DNA of 52,788 nucleotides from Octopus bimaculoides (Eukaryota). The translations under genes were made by a program, and so were the position numbers. The notes under the pieces were generated by a model. That model did not search any database. It was not told the origin of the DNA and saw only the letters and a list, made by a program, of their open reading frames with translations. The stretch is taken from positions 17,750,046 to 17,802,833 of the forward strand of contig NC_068997.1 in the NCBI RefSeq assembly GCF_001194135.2, written 5' to 3'. This document shows positions 41,060 through 52,788 of the stretch, one piece after another; the stretch's first letter is position 1; the number at the start of each line of letters is the position of its first letter.

Positions 41060-41575
41060 TAATTAGATAGGGAACTGCAAAAATACCCCGGTGTTATTAC
41101 TATGAAGTCATTTGCAATGGAGCTAGAAGAGATAGAAAGTTTTGCATCGGATCGAGTTGGATGGCGAATAAAAGTGTGGAGTAGAGTGAAAGCGTTTGAA
41201 GAGACCAGGATAACGCATGCATAATTCAAGAGACCTAATGAAGAATGTTACGATCGAGAAGGTGAATCACAATGACTTTTTGTGTGCACAGTTTGTGACA
41301 GACCATGCCTTTCTTTTGCTAGGCTCAAATCTCATTTGCGAACCCATGGAAAACGAATCTCCACTAACTATTCTGCCTATATGTCTGTGCACACCTTTGA
41401 ATGCAGTGTATGCCAGAAGGTTTGCAAATCTAACGGAGGATCAAAAGACATTCTAAGATCCACAAATATCAGAACTTATCTGCAACTCTTGGTGGTCCAA
41501 ATCGGATCTGCAATCTATGTGGGGGTCTTTTCAGAGCATTTTCTGGTTTAAAAAAATTACATCAGACGCCATGAT
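41060..41575 (+). mobile_element. 3' end of a disabled RTE-clade LINE with three C2H2-like zinc fingers
   Basis: ESFASDRVGWRIKVWSRVKAFEETRI (RTE-type C-terminal motif A-x-DR-x-x-W), then CTVCDRPCLSFARLKSHLRTH (41285-41347), CSVCQKVCKSNGG/KRHSKIH (41402-41463, frameshift) and CNLCGGLFRAFSGLK/NYIRRH (from 41509, frameshift). In-frame stops upstream. Confidence 0.75.
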
Positions 41576-41681
41576 AGGGCTAAGGTATACGTACAGGAGG
41601 TGGTCAAACTCTGTATAAGGAGTAGACAACCACCATATATGCATATATACATACGTACAAAGCCACACACATACATACATA

Positions 41682-41730
<49 letters not shown>

Positions 41731-43275
41731 GTGTGTGTGTGTGTGTGTGTGTATTTTTATGTACGTGTATATTTATAAAACAAGCAGTAGATGCAGACAG
41801 ACATTCTAATCGAAATTGAGAGCGAATGCGAGAGAGGAGAAGCAATGATAAGAGAGGGTTTAGAATGAAATATTTCGTTTCTTTTAAGCTTCTAGAATTA
41901 CCAGTATTTGAGTGGATTATTGATATTCAAAGTCGCATTTCTTTTACCAGTTTCTTATTCCTACTGTTGTCATTGTTACTTAAAATGCAGTTGTTATTCT
42001 GTCTGATCGGATGATTCCCCTTTGTTTTTCTTAACATATTTCCTAGCTTCACTTTTTGTATACGCTATGCATACTCACTGTTGACCAAATTACCGTTTAC
42101 TTTTTTTTCCGTTCTAACATATATGTTTATATATATAAATATTTCTTGTTGGATTTCGTTATTATTTATTCTCTGTTAGCTTCATTTGCTTTGGTTGTTT
42201 TTCGCTTTTCTTAGAGATATTATTAATTATACTGCTTCTGTTGCTGCTGCTGCTGTTGCTGCTGTTACTGATGCTGCTGCTGCTGCTGCTTCTATCACAA
42301 CTGCTGCTTCTGATGCAGCTGTTCCATATATCTATTCGGATTCCGGATTTTTATTTTACTGCTAAAATAATTTCTTATTTTATACGTGAAAACATTAATC
42401 AATAAACTACGAGAATACACATTATGTTTATATATGTACACAAACACAAACACATACACACATGCGCACACACCCACACACATGTTTGCAGACACATATA
42501 TATATATATATGTATGTATATGTGTGCGTGCGCGTGTGTAACTGAGTGAGTGAGTGTTTGATTGAATGTATGTACACATATATATACACACACACACATA
42601 TACATGTATTTATAAGTATATATTTATATGTGTGTGTGTATGTGTGCATGCATATGTATGTATGTAGGTATGTATGTATGCATGTATGTACGTATATTTA
42701 TCGGTGTTTGTTTATATAAAGCTGTATGAAAAATTACGTTTAGAAACATAAGAAGTAATGAATGCAATGATAAGAATGTGCCAGTACGATCGTACTCATA
42801 CACTACACACACATACACAAGCACACATACACACACACACAAATTATATATGTGTGTGTGTGTATGTATGTATACGTATATATGTGTGTGTGCCCGTACG
42901 CATGTACACAACTGTATATCTGTAAGTGCGTATACGTAATTATTCAATGTTTGTGTGTATGTGTACAAGTTTACAGGGTATTGTTTGTTTGTATTTGTTA
43001 GGTTACTTAATATCTTCATCTACGTTTGAACCAAGTCATTGAGTGCAGGCAAGAAATGAAATCTTCAAAAACCAAATCAGTAAGCTGCGGGAGAAAAGAC
43101 TTCTCCTTCCAAATTACATTTCATTATATGTGTGTGGCCTCCTAGACAGTACTTACAACGCAGTTAACATAGATATATTCTGAGAAATTAATTTTAGATA
43201 TTTCTTATACTGCCTCGTTCCGAATTTACACTTGTGCATACACACGAACGCGCGAGATTGCAGACACGTACAAAG

Positions 43276-43293
43276 GTTGAACGATAGAGAAAC

Positions 43294-43357
<64 letters not shown>

Positions 43358-43358
43358 G

Positions 43359-43424
<66 letters not shown>

Positions 43425-43449
43425 CAGACAGATAGATAGATAGATAGAT
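43276..43449. repeat. (GATA)n microsatellite, about 170 bp
   Basis: Direct inspection. Confidence 0.97.
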
Positions 43450-43514
43450 AACCCAATATATATATATAAACACACATGTATTCTGAGCGAAGGAGAGAGA
43501 GATTCATAGATTGG

Positions 43515-43577
<63 letters not shown>

Positions 43578-43776
43578 ATGGTGATTAGACAAATACAATC
43601 CTTGCAATACAAATTTTAAATCAACTAGACGTGGAGTTTTTTAACATAAGCGCAATCTACATCTAATTCGTCAATTACTGGCTCTATAACTAATGCTATT
43701 GTGAGATACTGTATAGGAACAGAGAATTTAAATATAGAATACACACACAATCACATACACACACTCACACATATAT

Positions 43777-43835
<59 letters not shown>

Positions 43836-44194
43836 NNNNNNNNNNNNNNNNNNNNNNNNNNNNNNNNNNNNNNNNNNNNNNNNNNNNNNNNNNNNNNNNN
43901 NNNNNNNNNNNNNNNNNNNNNNNNNNNNNNNNNNNNNNNNNNNNNNNNNNNNNNNNNNNNNNNNNNNNNNNNNNNNNNNNNNNNNNNNNNNNNNNNNNNN
44001 NNNNNNNNNNNNNNNNNNNNNNNNNNNNNNNNNNNNNNNNNNNNNNNNNNNNNNNNNNNNNNNNNNNNNNNNNNNNNNNNNNNNNNNNNNNNNNNNNNNN
44101 NNNNNNNNNNNNNNNNNNNNNNNNNNNNNNNNNNNNNNNNNNATTTATATTTATCCGTAACTAAAGAAACTTTTACCTGTCTGTAATACTTGTT

Positions 44195-44377
44195 ACACAT
44201 TTTGGCACAAGATAAACGTTTACGGGGTGGGTTTAAGCGCAGTACTTAATACGTACTTATTTCATCGACGCCGAAATGATGAAAGGCTAAGTTGACCCCG
44301 GCGAAATTTCAATCAGGACGTGAAGACGGACGAAGTGCCACTGAGCATTTTGCCCGGTGTGCCACCTCACCATCTTT
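44195..44377 (-). mobile_element. Degenerate SINE, family A
   Basis: GTACTTATTTCATCGACGCCGAAATGATGAAAGGCTAAGTTGACCCCGGCGAAATTTCAATCAGGACGTGAAGACGGACGAAGTGCC...GAGCATTTTGCCCGGTGTGC matches 21310-21430. Confidence 0.85.
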
Positions 44378-44920
44378 CAGGCTTCTTTGTAATATTGAAA
44401 TTTGTTTTAATAGATAGAATTGGGATAAACATTTTCTAAATAACTGAAAATACCAGCTATGAGTGCGTTTGTGTGTGTGTGTGTGTGGGTGCATGTGTGT
44501 CTGTGTATGTGTTTATGTGTGTCTGTGTATGTGTGTATGTGTGTGTATGTTTATGTTTATCTAATTATCTGTTCGTTTTCTATCAAGCTTACCAAACAAT
44601 ATGGATAGATAATTTCTTAAGTAGAAAAGGGCGGAGCATGTATAATATATCTAGTGAATAAAGCAGCAAGGTACTTCCTAGCGTGATACAGGATACAGTT
44701 CCCCGATAAAATTACTCCCAGTCGAAAATACAATTACAAAATCAATTCAATAAATTAATTAAGTTTCATTATTATTGTCTAGGGTTAATGCAGTACGTGA
44801 TAGCCAGGCTGCATAGCACGCGGGGAAAATCTTTTTCTACATTGAGTTACACCCTTTTGCTTTTCATCTACCAAGCGTTGATAGACTAAGAACCACTAGA
44901 ATACTGTCATCTTAACCTAC

Positions 44921-44968
44921 TATGGCCCAGTGGTTAGGGCAGTGGACTCGCGGTCGGAGAATCGCAGT
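44921..44968 (+). mobile_element. tRNA-like SINE head fragment (A-box, truncated before the B-box)
   Basis: TATGGCCCAGTGGTTAGGGCAGTGGACTCGCGGTCGGAGAATCGC resembles a tRNA D-arm/anticodon region and the head at 18170. Confidence 0.6.
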
Positions 44969-44989
44969 ACATAATTCCTCATCTCTTAA

Positions 44990-45290
44990 ATATAGAACTG
45001 TATTGAACTGGGATGCTTTGCTGTTACTTCTAACAGATGATATCCCGACTTATTTTTCTTAGGCTGTGATTGACAGAGGGTTTGGTTGTTTACTGGATAT
45101 TGTCTTTCAGTTAGTGTTGTTCTGAGGTCTTGAAGACGAAGGTCCCGAGTAGTTCTATAAGATACTATTGTGCAAATCCGTTTTGCCAAATTAAAGGGGA
45201 TATTTATTTTGAAGTGTTTCGGGTGGCATCAGCTAAAAACGAGTTATTGCTTCGAGTCCGTATATGTGTGTGTGGAATATATATTCCGCA
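44990..45290 (-). mobile_element. Penelope-like element RT C-terminal (thumb) fragment, disabled
   Basis: Minus strand: YTDSKQ*LVFS*CHPKHFKINIPFNLAKRICTIVSYRTTRDLRLQDLRTTLTERQYP, matching the PLE pattern KPTD..QYL.F.S.HP.H.K..IPF..A.RI..I.S...R..L..L....YP. Two in-frame stops. Confidence 0.85.
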
Positions 45291-46114
45291 CACCCAGAGC
45301 TTGATTTGGCTTCTGTATAATGGTACGATATTATTTCACGAAGTTTAGACTCCTATTTCTAGCACATCGAGTGAACGCGGAGAGTTCTTGTGGAAAGTAC
45401 AAGTCATAAGACACATTAAGTGAGAGGAAACGAACGCATGAAAAGGGAATCTCAACAATTTCGCGATTATTCGTTTCTCCAGAAACTTAATCCAACATAA
45501 TTGTTACCATTATTTTTTTCTTGATTTAAATATCAGCGACATTACTAATCTCCAAGGGCATACGATGTAATTTTAATTTTAGCTTTTTTTTTTTTTTTTT
45601 TTTTTTTAATTTTTAGTCAGCTAGGGTAATTACCCTCTTTCTCTTTTTCGTATCTGGATATGCCACATGAATTCACAAAACATAAATCATAAAATAAAAT
45701 ATGATAGCAGTTGTTGGGCGATTGGCTCAGTTACGGAAATAGTTACTGAATGATTACAGATAAACCCAGTTGGTTCTGGCAAATGTATGCACGAACAAGT
45801 CGAGATAAGCGCTACAGAATGGGCCAGAATCCACATCTTGTTTGGCTGCTGCTCGGAGTAAACTGAAAGTGTGATGTTGTTAGATAATGCCGCAAACATT
45901 TTAATACCTAGAGAAAGAGGTAGAAGGAGAGAAAATTAGAGATATAGGTAGATATATATAGAGAGAGAGATGTCAGTAGGTAGGCAGGTAGGTAATTTTA
46001 TGTAGGTAGGAAGGTTGGTAGGTTGGTAGGGAGGGGGACGGGGGGTAGGTAGGTAGGAACGTAGATAGATAGATAGCAGTTTTTGAACACAGAAAGCTCA
46101 CACATATGTTTATA

Positions 46115-46148
46115 GGACCTGTAAGGACCTGTAAGGACCTGTAAGGAC
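46115..46148. repeat. 10-bp tandem repeat (GGACCTGTAA) x3 plus GGAC
   Basis: Direct inspection. Confidence 0.9.
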
Positions 46149-46330
46149 TTTGTATTTCATTATGCAACCATGATATACTACAAAGTATATGAAATGGTTT
46201 TATAAAGCAGTAGTATGTTCTACTGTGTTAGCAGTGCTATTACTTCACTCGCTAATATTATCGCTAGAGATAACGTATACAAAATCTGCAGAGAAGACCT
46301 TAAAAGAAGACATATATTTATATGCCTACA

Positions 46331-46381
<51 letters not shown>

Positions 46382-46413
46382 TTTATTTAAAAGCAGCAGA
46401 AATATAGCAAAAG

Positions 46414-46453
46414 ACTGTTACTCGGAGTTTCACGTTCCCGTTCATCGGACAGT
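46414..46453 (-). ncRNA. Minimal type I hammerhead ribozyme motif (U4C variant) in a PLE-like terminal repeat spanning 46381-46453
   Basis: Minus strand reads ACUGU-CCGAUGA-ACG-GGAA-CGU-GAAA-CU-CCG-AG-UA-ACAGU: 5-bp stem I, 3-bp stem II with a GNRA loop, short quasi-palindromic stem III and a GUA cleavage triplet. Activity untested. Confidence 0.65.
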
Positions 46454-47316
46454 GTGTTTGTGTATGTGTGTGTGTAGTGTGTGTGTATACACATACACTT
46501 ATATATTTATACATACATTGATATAAATACATACACTTATAGACATATGTAGATGCGTGTGTTTCTGTGTATATATGTATGCATATATAAGTAGGACACA
46601 GTGATACAAACAGACGGACAGACAGACAGACAAAGACTGACAAACGGCAGACGCAGGGACAGTGAAGAGAAGGTAATTTTATTTTATTTCGTCTAACACT
46701 TCATTTTATTTCTCTTCACATGTCCGTCTTCCATATCTGATCAGTGGCATCAAAAAGAAAAATATAATAATAAGAGCACAGAAAAATTATAAATAATTCA
46801 AAGCACAGAACGACAATAATGAAAATAATATAATTGATAATACTAATAATGGTTATAATGATAATAACTAAAAAAAAAAAAGAAACAACAACGTGTAATA
46901 CTTAACGGAATTGCCAAGGCATTAACGATCACGTTCCCACTTGTAACCTTACAATGGTGGAATCTGGATTTTGGTTCTATAAGTTTTTGGGTGTTTGGTT
47001 TTTAGATTGAAGTAGGAATTAGATGATGAACGAGTGGGGTTTTTGTCAATAGATTTGTACGAAGCAAAGTTAATTTTGCTGAGATACATATCTCAAGAGA
47101 GCTATAAAACCATAAAGATTTCTAAGACATGATCGAGTATGAGAAAGAAAAAGAAAAGCCTAATATAACGAAATATTTTTGTTTCCTTTTTTTCTTTTCT
47201 TCCTTAGGACTAAACGTTACCCTCTTATATGTATATGTGTGTATGTATGTGCAAGATTTACATGCCTAAACATACATATACATATGTATATATGTATATA
47301 TTAATATTTGTGTATG

Positions 47317-47417
<101 letters not shown>

Positions 47418-47614
47418 GTATGTAAATATATATATATACATATATGTATGTATGTATGTGTGTATATATGTATGTACGAGTGTACGTAGGTGTGTATGCC
47501 CATCTGCATATATGCATATATGTGTGTGTGTGTCTGTATGTATATATTTATAAATATGTATATGAGAATATATAAACATATATTTGTACATGTATATACA
47601 TGTAGATAAATGTG

Positions 47615-47661
<47 letters not shown>

Positions 47662-47943
47662 GTATGTATGTATTTATATATCTACACACATATATACACA
47701 CTTACAATAAGTGGCTATGTATCTGTTATGTGTGTATGTTTGTTTATTTGCATGTATGTATATTTTATCTTGCACTCACCTAAGCATGCATTCCAATTTT
47801 TTCACACCCATTTTCCTATTCGTATTATTAAACCTTTTTCTCTTTAAAATTTTTGTTTCGCAGTCTTGCACTCCCTCCTTCTCACTGTGTGTTACTCTTA
47901 CTCTCTCTCTCTATCTATCAATCTATCTCTATCTATCTATCTA

Positions 47944-48008
<65 letters not shown>

Positions 48009-48064
48009 ATCTATCTCTAAATATCTATTCATCTATCTCTCCATCTATCAATCTCTCTCGCTCT

Positions 48065-48107
<43 letters not shown>

Positions 48108-48403
48108 ACTCACTCTCTCACCTCATTGTTTTTCATTCTTCATTCAATTCCAACTCTCAATTACTTGCTATACCCACCCCTTTTCTAACTCTCTCTCTTC
48201 TTTGGCATTTCTTTTCTTCGAATGAGACACGAGACTGTCTGGTGATTTTGAATATTAGAATCCAACTGTTTTATACATTAAAAGCGACACCAAACAGGCA
48301 TCTTGAAACACTCAGCAAATTATATACATAAACATACACGCACACGCACAAGGCTCACAAAGAAAAACATGCATACAGACTCACATACACACATATACAT
48401 AAA

Positions 48404-48449
<46 letters not shown>

Positions 48450-48977
48450 TATATATTTATGCAGGCACATATACATATGTGTATGTGGGCATGTGTGTAC
48501 GTCTGTATGATGTGTGTATGCGTATGCATATGTGTATGGTTTTTATATATGTCATTTACAATTATATGGCTTCTTGTATTTGTCTCCAGAATTTTATTTA
48601 ACTCTTATGCGTGGCTCACAAAATATATAGACGACATAAAAATATAATTTAAAAAAAATTTATAGTAACATATACGCTTAACCCTTAAATATTTTAACTG
48701 GGTTTATACAGATGTTTTAACCAGTTTTCTAAACCACTTACATTTGTATTAAGTAACATATATGTGGTTGCTTGCAATAATGATAATCTTGTTCTTTTCA
48801 TTCATGCCCCCACTCATTGAAATAGAAGGGCACATTAAATAATATAACGTGGATCTAACCCCAAAAAGTGTCTGTCACGACAGGAGCGCTTTAAGCATAT
48901 GACATGCAAATAATTACCTCTACAGCTTATGTTCACAAAGGAAACACACAACGAAATGCAATGTCGAATACGTATGC

Positions 48978-49019
<42 letters not shown>

Positions 49020-49068
49020 NNNNNNNNNNNNNNNNNNNNNNNNNNNNNNNNNNNNNNNNNNATATATA

Positions 49069-49237
49069 TTTACGACTGGCTTCTTTCAGTTTTCATTTAC
49101 CAAATCCATTCACAAGGCTTTTGTCCGTCCGACGCTATAGTGGAAGCACTTGACCAAGCTGCCACGCAGTGGGATTGAACCCGGAGCCATGTCGTTTGGA
49201 AGCAAGATTCTTACCACGCAGCCACAACTGCGCCTAC
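49069..49237 (-). mobile_element. CORE-type tRNA-derived SINE, family B, near full length, (TA)n tail running into a gap
   Basis: Minus strand: GTGGCTGCGTGGTAAG (A-box), GGGTTCAATCCC (B-box), AGCTTGGTCAAGTGCTTCCACT (CORE-like CCTTGGGCAAGT). Confidence 0.88.
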
Positions 49238-49266
49238 GCACAAAACCACGCATGCGCTTACAAATG

Positions 49267-49302
<36 letters not shown>

Positions 49303-49420
49303 CACATAAAAATATAAACATATACATATATATATATATACGCATATATATATGTATATATACACACACAACACACATATACAGAGAAAGTGCAAGATAG
49401 CTAGATAGATATGCATACAC

Positions 49421-49463
<43 letters not shown>

Positions 49464-49507
49464 GGTATATATGTATGCATATATTTATACATACATATAT
49501 ATATATG

Positions 49508-49539
<32 letters not shown>

Positions 49540-50230
49540 TGTATGTATGTATGTATGCATGTATGGATAAGGGCGATTGAGATAAGTGCAGTATTTAAAA
49601 TAAAGTGGATATTTTGTTTTCAGTTAAGTGTCAACAGTAAAATTTAAATAGTATTAAGCTCAAGAAATCTGATCTTTTCTCAGTATTTTCTTGTTACAGC
49701 CAACATTTATGGTTTCCATTTAAGGATCATTTAAGTATCCAAAACTTTCAGCTTGTAACATCCAACACATAGAACATTTTAGAATAACGCAGGTTTGTCA
49801 ATAAAATTGATAGTTAAGTGCGAATATCAAATATACCTAGTAGCAACTCATTTGCATATATATGTATATATATATATATATATATATNNNNNNNNNNNNN
49901 NNNNNNNNNNNNNNNNNNNNNNNNNNNNNNNNNNNNNNNNNNNNNNNNNNNNNNNNNNNNNNNNNNNNNNNNNNNNNNNNNNNNNNNNNNNNNNNNNNNN
50001 NNNNNNNNNNNNNNNNNNNNNNNNNNNNNNNNNNNNNNNNNNNNNNNNNNNNNNNNNNNNNNNNNNNNNNNNNNNNNNNNNNNNNNNNNNNNNNNNNNNN
50101 NNNNNNNNNNNNNNNNNNNNNNNNNNNNNNNNNNNNNNNNNNNNNNNNNNNNNNNNNNNNNNNNNNNNNNNNNNNNNNNNNNNNNNNNNNNNNNNNNNNN
50201 NNNNNNNNNNTATATATATATATATATATA

Positions 50231-50345
50231 TTTACGACGGACTTCTTTCCGTTTCTATTTGCCAAATTCATTCACAAGGCTGTGGTCGGCCCGAGGCTAT
50301 AGTAGAAGATACTCGTCTAAGGTGCCACGCGATGGGACTCAAAAC
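50231..50345 (-). mobile_element. CORE-type SINE, family B, 5'-truncated
   Basis: Collinear with 49069-49185 (TTTACGAC..CTTCTTTC..CCAAAT.CATTCACAAGGCT..GCTATAGT.GAAG..GCCACGC..TGGGA); (TA)n tail. Confidence 0.85.
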
Positions 50346-52737
50346 AGAGTCTTCTGCAGTTTGTATGTGCGAAATCCTTCTGGAGGATAAATTTTACATA
50401 TTCAAAAACTCTGTTCGCTGAAGTTCCAGCATTAGTTGGCAGAGCTCAAGAAAACTCAGCAGTCTAACATCTGAATATGTTATAACGTTTTATTTGGCAC
50501 TCATTCAATGCCTGAATATGACGCTGGATCGGAAACAAGTTTGACTTGTGAAATAAATGAACGCCAATGGATTGAAGTCCAATATCAGATTCATGTAATC
50601 ACGACGCCATTTGTCTGCCGTGTCAGATGAAGTCTTTGAAACAAAAGGTTTCCTCGTAATCATATTCAACGCTGTATTCTACCAAGGGGTCTTGAAGATC
50701 ATTATATTTCTACTAACGAAAGAATTGTATGCTGACGTGGAATTTCTGTTCCATAAAGATCTGATTGGATTAGAGAATGAGAGAATAGTTGATACTTTCC
50801 ATGTGGCAACAGCAGCTTAGTCACATAAGCGACTCTACATTATCCGTCTTATATAAATATATATGTATATAAATATATATACACACTCATAAATATAATA
50901 ATGCTGTAACATAACCAACAGACTACACATTAGGACATAACTTGGCAAGTTAAAACATCTGACTCTGCTATAAATATCTCGAAAAAATAAGTCTATCATA
51001 AAAGTTTGGTTTCTGAGGTATTGGCTAGCCATACTGTGGTATATAAATGTACCTAAATGAATAAGCCATATGTTAAAAAATTAAATAGTTGGACAAATAA
51101 ATTAATGAGTAAATAAATAAATGAGTAAATAGAATAGAAATATGAAGGAAAATGAAAAGTATATTGACTATGAAACAGACGGCTAAATTGTTACAAACCA
51201 AATTTCTTATAATGATCAATTTTTATACATACTAGCCGTCACTAGGACTCCGGGATTTTCAGAAAGTCGGTGGGTTGCATTCTGACCTTAACCACGGTTT
51301 TGTTCGATAGTCACACACCAGGTGGAGAGCTCTGTTTAATTCTTAAAATACCCTAGTCACACACATGCATACACACACACGTACACACATATACACAGAG
51401 GAACGCTTGTATAATCACATAGATAAATTGAAAGAGATACATAGCCGTATGTATATACATAAATATGAGTGTATATGTGAGTCAGCATTCAAAAACACAC
51501 ACACACAAAGCACACACACACACACATACACATATGAATATGTATTATATGATTTGTAATATATACGTGACATATCTTTTTTATTCCCCAGTTTCTATCT
51601 AGAAGAAAAGTTCGCTATTTTCCTCCTTTCGGTTCGCAGAAGTTGTAACAAAACCCCTTCATAATTTGAATTCTTGAGCGAGGTCAAACGTTTTTCTCAT
51701 CATTTCTACATAATAGTATTTACTTTTTGGTAGTGTGGTGATAAAACTCAATGCGAAGAATAAGTTACAATTATGTACGCTATATAATATCATATAAACA
51801 ATTTCCTTTAATGTCAATTAAATTTGACTATAAAACATAATATTTTCCATATCTTTGTGCCGTTTTAATCTATCGCCTTTAGAGGTGTTTTTCAGTTTTC
51901 ATATATATTTGATGAATATAATTATGTTAAATCAAAATTTGCTCAAAATATTCAGAGAGATAGAGACGAAGAGTCCAATCTCGAGACGTTCATCAAATGC
52001 TTTCCATACCGCATTGCATTCAAATTGGTGAGGATTTGTTTGATGAGGAATAAGCCATCATCAATTATGCAATAGTATTCTCGTTTTACTTAGATAGGTA
52101 TTATGTCGAACTATCAACTAATGGCTAATTATATTGAAATTAGGATTCATATTGTCAGCTCTCATTAACTCCATCGCAAAATTTCAAGTTGAATCATCAT
52201 TTTAATTATGTCTCATTGTTAAAACTGAAACTATAGAACCATTTAAATTGTCTTATTTGCAAGAATACAGAGAATAGAGGAACAATCTCTAACTATATTC
52301 AGAATAAATGCTATATAGTTTTAAAAGATATTAATAATTTTACATTTCAATCATAGCAAGTGAAGTTTGATCGTAATACACGGTGTTTTCGATGTATATA
52401 TTCTATCATAATATGTTAAGATCAACATCCAGATCAACATCAAGAATCAAAAGAACGACTCAATATTCATAGTCTTCGTTATATAAACAAACACAAATAT
52501 GTATACATATGTGTATGTATATCTATCTATCTATCTATCTATCTCTATATATATATATATACATGTATTTATGTATATGTATGTATGAATGATGTGGCTG
52601 CCTCTGGTGAGAACCCAGTAAGATTCGATAATCGATTAATGTTGTACATCGTTTTTTCAGTCTCCGGATAAATGACTAAACATTTGCCCAGTTTATAGTC
52701 ATACCATGTTATATATATATACATATATGTATACATA

Positions 52738-52788
<51 letters not shown>

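Noticed and set aside
42230-42330. Possible polyglutamine exon on the minus strand
   Set aside because: The Gln frame has TGA-TAG and TAA stops; this is a degenerate (CAG)n tract.
44921-44968. tRNA gene
   Set aside because: Only an A-box/D-arm-like segment; no T-arm or acceptor stem, so it is a SINE head. The same applies to all other tRNA-like boxes in the window.
45205-45235. Hammerhead-like CTGATG...GAAAC on the minus strand
   Set aside because: A9 is missing, there is no stem II, and it lies within the PLE RT coding motif S*CHPKH, so it is coincidental.
45762-45860. Minus-strand open frame LLRAAAKQDVDSGPFCSAYLDLFVHTFARTNWVY after CTTTCAG
   Set aside because: Protein-like but unrecognised; weak acceptor and no clear donor.
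18080-46148. Short tandem units (13-mer x3 at about 18083, 10-mer x3 at 46115) as CRISPR-like arrays
   Set aside because: The repeats are directly adjacent with no unique spacers, in a eukaryotic context with no cas genes.
50440-50820. Unique-sequence ORF 50611..50820 and overlapping frames
   Set aside because: Short, begins at a non-ATG codon, and has no recognisable homology.

Overview
AT-rich, extremely microsatellite-dense eukaryotic scaffold. It has 19 N-gaps totalling about 6.1 kb, almost all flanked by (AT)n, (GT)n or (CT)n. The SINE families and repeat density resemble an Octopus (coleoid cephalopod) genome; this is recognition from memory, not a database result. No host protein-coding gene could be supported: nearly all supplied ORFs are translations of microsatellites or N-runs. 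The recognisable content is transposon-derived. It includes about 13 tRNA-derived SINE copies or fragments of at least two superfamilies (two with perfect 13- and 14-bp TSDs), a 5'-truncated R4/Dong-type LINE flanked by (TAA)n, and an RTE-type LINE 3' end with three decayed C2H2 fingers. There are also Penelope-like (PLE) GIY-YIG and RT fragments and a heavily decayed APE-RT LINE. The most interesting signals are: (i) four copies of a short repeat folding into a minimal type I hammerhead ribozyme with a shared CCGA(N)GA core variant, one structurally complete at 46414-46453 (minus) and two fused into a spacer-less 240-bp palindrome at 6993-7232; (ii) a 112-bp, 64% GC, hairpin-forming insert inside one SINE head at 33021-33132; (iii) a tail-to-tail SINE fusion hairpin at 11875-12110.
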